A stretch of DNA of 64,000 nt from NCBI GenBank assembly GCA_041576165.1, contig JBFGLM010000001.1:96001-160000 (forward strand), written 5' to 3'. This document shows positions 48,787 through 57,882 of this stretch, piece by piece. Within the stretch, counting starts at the first letter, position 1. The number at the start of each line of letters is the position of its first letter. The position numbers were made by a program, and so were the translations under genes. Origin of the DNA: Acidimicrobiia bacterium (lineage in GTDB: Bacteria; Actinomycetota; Acidimicrobiia; Spongiisociales; Spongiisociaceae). The notes beneath the pieces are model-generated. The model was not told where the DNA came from, made no database searches, and saw nothing but the letters and a program-made list of their open reading frames with translations.

Positions 48787-49686
48787 ATGGGGGCGAACAT
48801 GACAGCCAGGGGGGACATACCTCGCTCCGTCCAGATGAAATCGGAGGACGGCTCGATCAGTGAGCCTGCATTCTTCGAAGCACCGACAGGCTCGTTGTTC
48901 GGCGTGACGCACATCCCGAGCAACCCCACCGGCTTGGGCGTCGTGATCTCGTCACCGCTCAACAACGATTTCTTGAAGAACAACCGGCGAGAGGTCTTGC
49001 TGTCGCGCCGCCTGGCCGAGCGAGGAATCGCAGTGCAGCGTTACCACTACGCGGGCACCGGCAACTCCGACGGAGATGCCGCTGCGTTGACCGTACAATC
49101 GATGATCGAGGACTGTGAACAGGCCACGGACCATCTGATGGAACGGACCGGCGTCGAACGCCTTGTGTTTGTAGGCTCACGTATGGGCGGCTTCCCGGCC
49201 GCAACGGCGGCCGCCGGCCGCCACGCACCGCTCGCCATGTGGGAGCCGATCACCGAAGGCCGAAAATACTTCCGGGAGCTGTTCCGCACCGTCATGATCG
49301 TCGGTATGCAGGCCTCAGACGGTGACGGCGCTTCCATGACCGACATCAAAGAGGCATTCGAGCGCGATCGCACCGTCGACGTCGCCGGATTCTCCGTGGG
49401 ATGGGCCATGTATGAGGACGCGCAGCAGCGCCGCCTCGAAGAACAATGCGGGGAGGGAAATGCCCCCGTCTTCCTCGCCCAGTATCGGGAGAAACCCGAG
49501 CTGAAACCAGAGTACGCGAAGCTGGTGGCGGCATGGGAACAGGCCGGGCGAAAGGTCACGGTCCACCACGTCGCATTCGAGGAAGCGTGGCACTTGTTCG
49601 TGTTCGGCTTCAAGGCCGAAGAGGAGCAACAACACAGCCTGAACCTGCTCGATGCGACGGTGGATTGGATCGTGGGTCAGGTATGA
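48787..49686 (+). CDS. Alpha/beta hydrolase fold protein, Arg-at-elbow type
   Basis: KNNRREVLLSR, RYHYAGTGNS, GSRMG elbow, MWEP. Start uncertain (48787, 48799 or 48835). Confidence 0.8.
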   Translation: MGANMTARGDIPRSVQMKSEDGSISEPAFFEAPTGSLFGVTHIPSNPTGLGVVISSPLNNDFLKNNRREVLLSRRLAERGIAVQRYHYAGTGNSDGDAAALTVQSMIEDCEQATDHLMERTGVERLVFVGSRMGGFPAATAAAGRHAPLAMWEPITEGRKYFRELFRTVMIVGMQASDGDGASMTDIKEAFERDRTVDVAGFSVGWAMYEDAQQRRLEEQCGEGNAPVFLAQYREKPELKPEYAKLVAAWEQAGRKVTVHHVAFEEAWHLFVFGFKAEEEQQHSLNLLDATVDWIVGQV

Positions 49687-50642
49687 GCGACGAGCGCCCG
49701 TTCGTCGACGAACCGGTGTTCTTCCCCGCCGAGGATGAGACGTTGTTCGGAATCCATTCCCATCCCATCGCCACGCGTCGCGGGGTTGGGGTTGTGATCA
49801 TTGCCGGCGGCGACAACGTGAATGCCGCCATGAGCCGCAACCGCGTGGGCCGGCGGCTCGCACACACTCTGGCAGCCGATGGGTATGACGTCCTCCGATT
49901 CACGTACCACGGCGTTGGTGAGAGCACCGGGGTGGTCGAGGGGTTGCACGTTCACCGGCCCTTCACCACGGACGTCGTCGGGGCCACCGAGTTTCTCGCC
50001 CGCCGCGGGCTCAGCTGTTTCGTACTCATCGGTTCGTGCTTCGGGGCGCGCACGGCCCTGTCCAGCGCCGCGCTGATCCCCGACACGGCCGGCGTGGTGC
50101 TCATCACCCCACCATCCGGCGCCTATGAGCGGGCAGAGGCCATGGCCGAGTGGATGGCCCGGACCCGCTCATTTCGTGAATATGCCCGGCGCGGGTTCAG
50201 CCTCACCAAGCTCCGCGAGATGTTCGACACGGGCAAGCGCCAGACGTACCTGCAGCTCTTCCGCAAGAAGAGCGTCGCCGTGTTCCAGAAGCTGCTCCGC
50301 CGGCTCCGGCTGGTGGAGAGCGGCGAGTATGACTGGGTCAGCCCGATGTTGCTTGAACCTCTGGACGCCATGGTCGAGCGTCAAGTCCCGGTGCTGTTCG
50401 AGTTCGGGACCCACGACGCCTGGGGATCCGAGTTTCGCGACGCCGCCAAGGGGCCGCTGGGCGCCATCCTCCGGCGGGGCGAAGGCCTGATCGAGGTGGT
50501 CGACGACTTGCCCGGGGTTGCCCACGGTTTGGTGCGGGTCCGGGTGCAGGACTCTTTCCTCGACACCACGGTCACCTGGCTGACCAATCGCGTTCCGGGC
50601 CAGCAGCCAGGGCATGAGGAGCAGAGTGCGGTGGCGGTCTGA
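49683..50642 (+). CDS. Alpha/beta hydrolase fold protein, Cys-nucleophile type
   Basis: SRNR, RFTYHGVGES, GSCFG elbow, GVAH; ATGA overlap with the upstream gene. Confidence 0.8.
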   Translation: MSDERPFVDEPVFFPAEDETLFGIHSHPIATRRGVGVVIIAGGDNVNAAMSRNRVGRRLAHTLAADGYDVLRFTYHGVGESTGVVEGLHVHRPFTTDVVGATEFLARRGLSCFVLIGSCFGARTALSSAALIPDTAGVVLITPPSGAYERAEAMAEWMARTRSFREYARRGFSLTKLREMFDTGKRQTYLQLFRKKSVAVFQKLLRRLRLVESGEYDWVSPMLLEPLDAMVERQVPVLFEFGTHDAWGSEFRDAAKGPLGAILRRGEGLIEVVDDLPGVAHGLVRVRVQDSFLDTTVTWLTNRVPGQQPGHEEQSAVAV

Positions 50643-50654
50643 GCGACCCCCGAC

Positions 50655-51521
50655 TCAGTCGATTCGACGAATCCACGCCGAGGCACGTTCCACGAACGCC
50701 TCTTGTACGGCTACCGACGGGTATCCGTGCAATCGTCCCACTACGGAGGCATCTACTTCGATAGCCGGGGACGCGGCCAGCACTCCCAGCGGCCCTGCCT
50801 GCGCCTCCCGAAACTGGGCGTAGAAATCGTCTTCGGTGCCGTACACGAGGAGCACCCGGCCGCCCCGTCCGGCCACCGCGCGCAGGCCCCCCACCACCGA
50901 GTCCGCAACCCACGGTGTCGGGTTGGCACCCGATGTACGGTACGCCGTCAATGATCGAATCTTGTTCGTGAGGATCCGCAGGTACCGATCCCGGCGGCCG
51001 GCGATCAACAACCCGGCCAGGCCCTTGCGGCCGAAACCCCGCTTGAGAAAGTCGGCGGTCGAGTTGTCCATTGCCTTGCGTTTCTCGGGATCGGCGACGG
51101 GCAAGGCGGACAGCACCAGACCCTCGACGACCGGAAGTTCGGCCGCTACCCCGACGGCCGTTCGCGCCCCGAAACACGAGCCGACCGCATAGATGCGGTG
51201 CACACCCGGTTCGGCGGCGAGCGCGTTGACGATGGCGACGCCGTCGCTCACGAACGGATCGGACAGTGCGAAGGTTTCATTGTTGCCCGTGCTCTCTCCC
51301 ACGCCGCGGAAGCCGACGCGAAGGACTGTGTATCCGTCGGTAGCGAGACCGCGGGCGAACTCAACCGTCCACCGGTTGCGGTGCGAGGGCAGGTTGTGAT
51401 CGCCGCCTCCGTGCAGCACGACCACCCCCACACCGTTGGGCTCTGCTTGCGGCCGGGTCATGATCCCGAACAGGGTTTCGGAACCGACGTCGATGAAGTG
51501 AGGGCTCTCAGCAACGATCAT
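50655..51521 (-). CDS. Alpha/beta hydrolase fold protein, Cys-nucleophile type
   Basis: HRNRW, RVGFRGVGES, GSCFG elbow, GRLH. Confidence 0.8.
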   Translation of the reverse strand: MIVAESPHFIDVGSETLFGIMTRPQAEPNGVGVVVLHGGGDHNLPSHRNRWTVEFARGLATDGYTVLRVGFRGVGESTGNNETFALSDPFVSDGVAIVNALAAEPGVHRIYAVGSCFGARTAVGVAAELPVVEGLVLSALPVADPEKRKAMDNSTADFLKRGFGRKGLAGLLIAGRRDRYLRILTNKIRSLTAYRTSGANPTPWVADSVVGGLRAVAGRGGRVLLVYGTEDDFYAQFREAQAGPLGVLAASPAIEVDASVVGRLHGYPSVAVQEAFVERASAWIRRID

Positions 51522-52396
51522 GAGCGGGCCAGCCAGTCGGCAGTCAGGTCAAGTAGCTGTTTTTCTGCCTGGCGGCTCTGAACCGGAGAGGCGTGCTCGT
51601 CGTAGTTGTGGATCCACCACCCGTCGCCGGGCGGCACGATCGCAACGGTAGCTCGACCGCCGGCGCCGGCGACGGCGTCTGCCAGCAGTTGGATCCCCGC
51701 TTTGACCTTCTCGGTCCGGCTGGCCTGAACCATCAGGACGTCGCCCCAGCCGCCGGTCGGGAACTCCGCGGCGAGCGCAGATTCAAACAGCGCCTTGTGG
51801 ATGTGATAGCCGACAACGTCGAGGCGTCCGGTGACCATGAGCTCCTCTCGCATGGCGGCCGAACTGGAAGTTCCCTCATCGCCGGCAATCACGCCGACCA
51901 TCCGCCGGGTGCGGAAGACCTCATCGAAGTAGCGGCTGACGTCCGGCACCGGTTCCCACAGGACCAAGCGAGCGTCGGGCAAGCGGGACGCGACTGCCGC
52001 TGCGACGTAGCCGGCCAGCCGGGTGCCGACAACATCGACCGTCTCCGTCCCGGTCTCTTCTCGCAGCTGGTCCGCCACCCGGAAAGCGTCGTGGATCATC
52101 GAATCCATGGTCAGGTGAACGGCCGATCCGGAGCTATCACCACATCCGAGGTAGTGGAACCGGCCGGCGGCGATGCCGGATTCGGCCAACCGGCGAGCCA
52201 GGCGCACCTCCCGCCCGTAGTTCTGCATGAATTCGGCATAGAGCGGACTGCAGATCAATGTTGCTCGCCGCGCGTCGTTCGCCTCGTGGACGACCACGAA
52301 CATCGGCGGTTCGCCGACAAACCCCGCTACCTCGCGCCCGCTCGGAGTAGAGCGGACAGCTCGCCCGGCGGCCTCGATCCCTGCATGTGAGCTCAT
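51518..52396 (-). CDS. Alpha/beta hydrolase fold protein, Arg-at-elbow type
   Basis: SPLYAEFMQNYGREVRLAR, RFHYLGCGDS, GTRLA elbow, LWEP; ATGA overlap with the downstream gene. Confidence 0.8.
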   Translation of the reverse strand: MSSHAGIEAAGRAVRSTPSGREVAGFVGEPPMFVVVHEANDARRATLICSPLYAEFMQNYGREVRLARRLAESGIAAGRFHYLGCGDSSGSAVHLTMDSMIHDAFRVADQLREETGTETVDVVGTRLAGYVAAAVASRLPDARLVLWEPVPDVSRYFDEVFRTRRMVGVIAGDEGTSSSAAMREELMVTGRLDVVGYHIHKALFESALAAEFPTGGWGDVLMVQASRTEKVKAGIQLLADAVAGAGGRATVAIVPPGDGWWIHNYDEHASPVQSRQAEKQLLDLTADWLARS

Positions 52397-52526
52397 TCAG
52401 AATCCCCCGGCTTCTGAGCCGGACCAACCCTATGTCGTCCGATGCGTTATCTCAATCCCCTAGCTGGCACTAGTCCGGTTGACCGAGCGGGGACCACACC
52501 TCGCTAGCTCTGGCCGGCAGCATAAG

Positions 52527-52787
52527 ATGGATCAGATGCAGGGGATCCGGGACACCGTCCGGCAGTTCATCGCGGAAGAGCTCGCATCGGGGACGGTGGA
52601 AATCACCGACGACACACCGCTGATCGAGCAAGAGATCATGGACTCGACAGGAATTCTCACGGTGATCGGCTTTCTGGAGGACGAGTACGACATATTCATC
52701 GACGCCGATGACGTGAGTGTCGAACAGTTCCGGACCGTCAACGCTATCGCCGAGCTGGTGCTGGCCAAACAGGCAGAGGGCGAGTAG
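52527..52787 (+). CDS. Acyl/peptidyl carrier protein (second)
   Basis: Acidic, about 86 aa, IMDSTG phosphopantetheine site, QFRTVNAIA. Confidence 0.88.
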   Translation: MDQMQGIRDTVRQFIAEELASGTVEITDDTPLIEQEIMDSTGILTVIGFLEDEYDIFIDADDVSVEQFRTVNAIAELVLAKQAEGE

Positions 52788-52790
52788 CGG

Positions 52791-53678
52791 ATGGAGCCGG
52801 TCGAATCGGGGGGACGTTGGGCGTGGGTGCCGGGACGTAGATTGATCAAGCGTCTGGCGCGCAGCGCCCGCCTCCGTCTGTACGCGAACCCGGTGCGGCA
52901 GTTGTATGAACGTGGCGTCCTGGACCGCAATCGTTTGACCTGGCCCCAGTTCCTGGGAATCGGCGCTCCCAAGGCCGGCACGACCTGGCTGCATCACAAC
53001 CTCGCGGCACACCCCAACCTCTACCTTCCCGACCGCAAAGAATTGCACTTTTTCACCGGGCATCAGTACCGGGGCGTGCGCTGGTACGCCCGCCAGTTCT
53101 CTGCGGCCGGCGACCGGATGCCGGGCGAGATCACGCCGGGATATGCAACTCTGCCGGCCGCAGAGATCGCCGGAATCCGACGCCTCTTGCCTGATGCGCG
53201 GCTCTTGTTGCTGGTGCGCAATCCGGTCGACCGGGCGTGGTCGCATGCCGTGATGAAGCTGGCGCGCGAAACCGGCCGGGCCATCGACGAGGTCCCCGAT
53301 GCCGAGTACATCGCACACTTCCGAGGCGAACATTCGATGCAACGCGGCGACTACCGCCGCATGATCAGTACGTGGACGTCAGTGTTTCCGTCCGAACGGC
53401 TCTGGGTTTGGTCCTTCGACGACATCATCAACAACCCGCAGCGGCTGTTGACATCAGCTTTTCGACATCTCGGAGTTGATGAGGTGACCGATTGGAGCGG
53501 TTTTCCCTACGCCCAGGTGATCGACCGGGGCGTCCACGGCGGCACCGACGTCTTCGACAAATCGCCGGGGCCGGACATCCCCGAGCGGCTGCGACCGGCG
53601 CTGGAGGACCTCCTGCTGCCCCAGATCGAGCAGCTAGCTGAATGCTGGCCGGAGATCGCCAAACCGTGGCTGCCCTAG
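52791..53678 (+). CDS. Sulfotransferase (heparan-sulfate O/N-sulfotransferase-like domain)
   Basis: GIGAPKAGTT, KELHFF, GEITPGY, VRNPVDRAWSH. Confidence 0.9.
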   Translation: MEPVESGGRWAWVPGRRLIKRLARSARLRLYANPVRQLYERGVLDRNRLTWPQFLGIGAPKAGTTWLHHNLAAHPNLYLPDRKELHFFTGHQYRGVRWYARQFSAAGDRMPGEITPGYATLPAAEIAGIRRLLPDARLLLLVRNPVDRAWSHAVMKLARETGRAIDEVPDAEYIAHFRGEHSMQRGDYRRMISTWTSVFPSERLWVWSFDDIINNPQRLLTSAFRHLGVDEVTDWSGFPYAQVIDRGVHGGTDVFDKSPGPDIPERLRPALEDLLLPQIEQLAECWPEIAKPWLP

Positions 53679-53738
53679 CCGGCCGGAGCCCCGCAGTCGG
53701 GCGGCCCACAATGTGGCGGATCACCTAGCATCGCGGGC

Positions 53739-54503
53739 ATGGACAGGGGGTTTGTCGCCGGGATTGGGTTGATTCTGGTCGTCGCCGCGTGTGGTGGCGG
53801 GACGTCCCTGCCGGGGGCTCCATCCACCGATGCCACGGCCGTCAGCACCGCTGCAACCTCCCGCGCCTCGACGACCACCGCCCCGCCCGCAACGACGCGC
53901 ACGACCGCGGCCACAACCACCACACCGGCACCAATCGCGGCGACCCCGAGCGAGCTTCCCGAGGGAACCGTCGGCTTCGTCGGATGCTCGGTGTCCCAAA
54001 ACGCAGTCGCGGGATACACCCGTTTCCTGGGCGGCACGCGAATGTGGCCACCGAGCGCCCCCTACGGCGGCGGGTCGCTTGGGCGGTGGGAGCGCGGGCT
54101 ACTTGGTGACAGGAGCCGATACTGGAGCGGGTTTGACGAGCTGCTGGCCGAACACCCAGACACCAAGACGATTTGGTTCTCGCTCTGTACCTTCCGCGGG
54201 GCACCGGTCGACAACGTCGACACGGCGTTGGCGATCCTCACAGAAGTTCGGCGCCGCCTGCCCGACGCAGTGGTCTACGTGTCCGGGCAGCCAACCTATT
54301 CCGGCGGCCACTTCTGCGAGCTGGCGGGCGACACCGGGGCTCAGAAGATGGCGGAGATTGCCGCAGAGCTGGTCAACATGGGGGTGGCCTTGGCGGGACC
54401 GGTGATGGGCCCGCTGGCGGCCGATGAAACCAGCGACGGATGTCACGCCAACGAGACCGGCATGGAGCTGATGGGACGTCAGCTGCTCGACTTCTTCGGA
54501 TGA
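53739..54503 (+). CDS. Lipoprotein with Thr/Ala-rich linker and SGNH-like domain
   Basis: Lipobox VVAAC, T/A-rich linker, FVGCS, DGCHANETG. Confidence 0.75.
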   Translation: MDRGFVAGIGLILVVAACGGGTSLPGAPSTDATAVSTAATSRASTTTAPPATTRTTAATTTTPAPIAATPSELPEGTVGFVGCSVSQNAVAGYTRFLGGTRMWPPSAPYGGGSLGRWERGLLGDRSRYWSGFDELLAEHPDTKTIWFSLCTFRGAPVDNVDTALAILTEVRRRLPDAVVYVSGQPTYSGGHFCELAGDTGAQKMAEIAAELVNMGVALAGPVMGPLAADETSDGCHANETGMELMGRQLLDFFG

Positions 54504-54694
54504 ACCCGCTGAGCCCGAGCCAGAAGGGCTGATGCCGTCTCGCAGCCGGGCGGCGCGGCCGGAAATATGGCACGCCGCGACCTGCTCCGGCGCCCGTTCA
54601 GATTGCTGTGAGGCTCGGCTTGGCTCTGCCTATGGTGCGTCGTAGCATGCGTCTGCCGTTCGGACACCGGCCCGCCGGCGGTAGGGAGTGAGGG

Positions 54695-54720
54695 CCCAGA
54701 AAGGCAGCCCAGAAAGGCAG
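54695..54720 (+). repeat. 13-bp tandem duplication covering the RBS of oxidase subunit II
   Basis: CCCAGAAAGGCAG x2 immediately before ATG 54723. Confidence 0.6.
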
Positions 54721-54722
54721 CG

Positions 54723-55823
54723 ATGGCGAAGAGCACGCCGGAATCCACGGTGAAGCGCATGGGTTGGGTCGGCCGAGCCAGCCGCGGGCGCAACCGTTTC
54801 CTCCCGCTGCTGCTGCTGTTGCTGCTGCTGGCTGCGTGCACTACCGAGGTGCAGCCGCTCAACTCGCTGGACCCGCAGGGGCCCATTGCCGATCAGATCG
54901 ACAATCTGTTCTGGCTCGTGTTCTGGATCGCAACAGCGATCTTCGTCGTCGTCCAGGGTGCGCTGCTGGTCGCGATCTTCGTCTTCCGTGACCGCAAGGG
55001 CCGGACGGAGGTTCCGCGCCAGGTGCACGGAAACGCCAAGCTCGAGATCCTGTGGACGGCGATCCCGACGCTCATCCTCGCCGGCATCGCCGTACCTACC
55101 TTCAGGACCGTCTTCGAACTCGCGGACTGCCCGACCGAGGCGATGCCCGTCGACATCATCGGGCATCAATGGTGGTTCGAGTATCGCTACCCCTGGTATG
55201 ACATCACCACCGCCAACGTGCTCGTGATCCCCACCGACACCGAGGTCTGCGCCAGAATGACCTCGGACGACGTGCTCCACAATTTCTGGGTGCCCAAGCT
55301 GAACGGGAAGCGATATCTGGTACCCGGCCAGCAGACCGAGCTCCGGTTGCTGGCGGTCGAGCCGGGCGAGTATTGGGGACACTGCGCCGAATTCTGCGGA
55401 CTCAGCCACGCCAAGATGCGGGCACGAGTCGAAGCACTATCACAGTCTGAGTTTGAAGCCTGGGTCTCGAATCAGCAGACGCCCGGCGCGATTCTCGAGG
55501 ATGACAGCCTGGCGGCGGCCGGACAGCAAATATTCCTGAACGGCGCATGTACCGGCTGCCACAACATCGCCGGCGTGAACGAGATCAATCCCGACGAGGT
55601 AGCCGTGTACGGTCCCGACCTCACCCACTTCGCTACCCGAAACGTGTTTGCCGGCGCCGTTCTGCCCGACGGACTCAACCCGACGGAGGCCGAGTACGAA
55701 GAGGCGCTTCGGACGTGGCTGGCGAATCCACCGGCAGTCAAGCCCGGCTCCTTCATGGGGAATCAGAACCTCACGGCCGAGGACATCGACGCGTTGATCG
55801 CGTACCTGAGGACGCTGGATTGA
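54723..55823 (+). CDS. ctaC: Cytochrome c oxidase subunit II with fused cytochrome c (caa3 type)
   Basis: Lipobox LLAAC, HQWWFEY, DVLHNFWVP, CuA CAEFCGLSHAKM, heme c CTGCH. Confidence 0.95.
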   Translation: MAKSTPESTVKRMGWVGRASRGRNRFLPLLLLLLLLAACTTEVQPLNSLDPQGPIADQIDNLFWLVFWIATAIFVVVQGALLVAIFVFRDRKGRTEVPRQVHGNAKLEILWTAIPTLILAGIAVPTFRTVFELADCPTEAMPVDIIGHQWWFEYRYPWYDITTANVLVIPTDTEVCARMTSDDVLHNFWVPKLNGKRYLVPGQQTELRLLAVEPGEYWGHCAEFCGLSHAKMRARVEALSQSEFEAWVSNQQTPGAILEDDSLAAAGQQIFLNGACTGCHNIAGVNEINPDEVAVYGPDLTHFATRNVFAGAVLPDGLNPTEAEYEEALRTWLANPPAVKPGSFMGNQNLTAEDIDALIAYLRTLD

Positions 55824-55842
55824 TGATCGAAGGGGAGGATTG

Positions 55843-57882
55843 ATGGCAACCACCACGGCACCATCCGCGAACGCCACCACGACCATCTTCCGGCGGCCGA
55901 CGTCACCTTCCGGGATCTGGTCCTGGATCACCACAGCCGATCACAAGAAGATCGGGATCCTCTACGGGTACACCGCGTTTGTGTTCTTCCTCCTCGGTGG
56001 TATCGAGGCGCTCCTGCTCCGCATCCAACTCGCCGGGCCCGACGGAGCTTTTCTGACCGCGGCCGAATACAACAGCCTGTTTACCACCCACGCGCTCACG
56101 ATGATCTTCCTCTTCGTGATGCCGGCATCTGCCGCGTTCTTCAACTATTTGCTTCCCTTGATGATCGGCGCACGTGATGTGGCGTACCCGCGGATGAACG
56201 CGGTCAGCTACTGGATCTTTTTGTTCGGCGGCATCTATCTGTATTCCAGCCTCATCTTCGGAACATCCCCCGCCCCGGTTGGTGGCAATCTGGTGGGTGG
56301 AGCGACCGACGCCAGCTTCCTCGGGGGGATTCCCAACGGCGGCTGGTTCATGTACGCCCCCAACAGCGGCCTCGAATATTCTCCCGGCACCTCGCTCGAT
56401 TACGCCGCAGTCGGTCTACAGATCCTGGGGGCGGCCTCGCTGATCTCGTCGGTGAACTTCATCGTCACTATCTTCAACATGCGGGCGCGGGGCATGCGCA
56501 TGCTGCGGATGCCGGTGTTCGTGTGGATGACGCTGATCGTGGCGTTCCTGCTGCTCTTCTCGCTGCCCATAATCGCCATTGCGTTGTTCATGCTGACCTT
56601 CGACCGCCAGTTCGGCACCTTGTTCTTCGTGGCCGAGCAGGGTGGTGATCCGGTCCTCTGGCAGCACCTTTTCTGGCTGTTCGGCCACCCGGAGGTGTAC
56701 ATCCTGATCCTCCCGGCGATGGGCATCGTGTCGGAAGTGCTTCCCGTGTTCTCGCGCAAGCCCCTCTTTGGCTATCCCGCCATCGTGTTCGCCGGCGCGG
56801 CCATCGCGTTCCTCGGCTTCGGCGTGTGGGCCCACCACATGTTCTCGTCGGGTATCCCGACGGTCGCCCAGGCCGCGTTCGGGCTCTCGACCATGACGAT
56901 CGCCATCCCGACCGGAATCAAGATCTTCAACTGGTTGGGAACGATGTGGGGCGGGCGGATTCGGCTGACCACACCGATGCTGTTCGCCATCGGATTCGTC
57001 TCCCTGTTCGTCATAGGCGGCCTGTCCGGCGTGACGCACTCGATCGTTCCTTCGGACTGGCAGCAGACCGACACGTACTACATAGTTGCCCACTTCCATT
57101 ACGTGTTGTTCGGGGGCTCCATATTCGGGTTGTTCAGCGGCATGTACTACTGGTTCCCCAAACTCACCGGGCGCATGTACAACGAGGCGCTCGGCAAGAT
57201 CCATTTCTGGCTCATGTTCATCGGCATGAACCTCACCTTCGGGCCGATGCACTGGCTGGGCCTGCAGGGAATGGTGCGGCGCACATGGGTATACAGCGCC
57301 GACGCCGGGCTCGGGATCTGGAACCTCGTCGTGACGATCGGGGCTTTTATCATCGCAGTCTCGATTTTCGTGTTCATGGTCAACTGGTCGTACTCGCGCC
57401 GGCGAGGACAGACCGCTCCCCCCGATCCATGGGACGCGCGGACGCTCGAATGGTCGCTCCCCTCACCCACGCCTGCGTGGAACTTCGGCAAAGAACCCGT
57501 GGTGCACGCCCTCGATGATTTCTGGCATCTGAAATATGAGCCGGTTGAAGGCGGGCGGGTGAAGCGGCGGGAGAACGCCGACGAGATGATCGCCGAACTC
57601 ATGGACCTTCACGCCAACCCGGAGGAGGAGATCCATCTGCCGGCACCCTCCTACTTCCCGTTCTTCGTCGGGCTGGGGGTGCTCCTCATCGGATACGGCA
57701 TCATCTACCACACCCGGCCCTGGGGGATCGCGCTCATCGTCCTCGGGGGACTCATCGCTGTGGGCTCGTTCATGGCGTGGGGTACAGAGCCGCTGGAAGA
57801 AATCCACGACGACCACCACGACGGGCACGAAGGCGACGAGGCGCACCTCGACGCAGCCGACCTAGCCGGGGTGGACGACTGA
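55843..57882 (+). CDS. ctaD: Cytochrome c oxidase subunit I (type A1)
   Basis: DHKKIGILY, YPRMN, GHPEVY, WAHHMF, VAHFHYV. Confidence 0.97.
   Translation: MATTTAPSANATTTIFRRPTSPSGIWSWITTADHKKIGILYGYTAFVFFLLGGIEALLLRIQLAGPDGAFLTAAEYNSLFTTHALTMIFLFVMPASAAFFNYLLPLMIGARDVAYPRMNAVSYWIFLFGGIYLYSSLIFGTSPAPVGGNLVGGATDASFLGGIPNGGWFMYAPNSGLEYSPGTSLDYAAVGLQILGAASLISSVNFIVTIFNMRARGMRMLRMPVFVWMTLIVAFLLLFSLPIIAIALFMLTFDRQFGTLFFVAEQGGDPVLWQHLFWLFGHPEVYILILPAMGIVSEVLPVFSRKPLFGYPAIVFAGAAIAFLGFGVWAHHMFSSGIPTVAQAAFGLSTMTIAIPTGIKIFNWLGTMWGGRIRLTTPMLFAIGFVSLFVIGGLSGVTHSIVPSDWQQTDTYYIVAHFHYVLFGGSIFGLFSGMYYWFPKLTGRMYNEALGKIHFWLMFIGMNLTFGPMHWLGLQGMVRRTWVYSADAGLGIWNLVVTIGAFIIAVSIFVFMVNWSYSRRRGQTAPPDPWDARTLEWSLPSPTPAWNFGKEPVVHALDDFWHLKYEPVEGGRVKRRENADEMIAELMDLHANPEEEIHLPAPSYFPFFVGLGVLLIGYGIIYHTRPWGIALIVLGGLIAVGSFMAWGTEPLEEIHDDHHDGHEGDEAHLDAADLAGVDD

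Noticed and set aside
54504-54722. Leader upstream of the oxidase operon as a possible riboswitch
   Set aside because: No known aptamer signature seen; only a -10-like TATGGT and a duplicated RBS.
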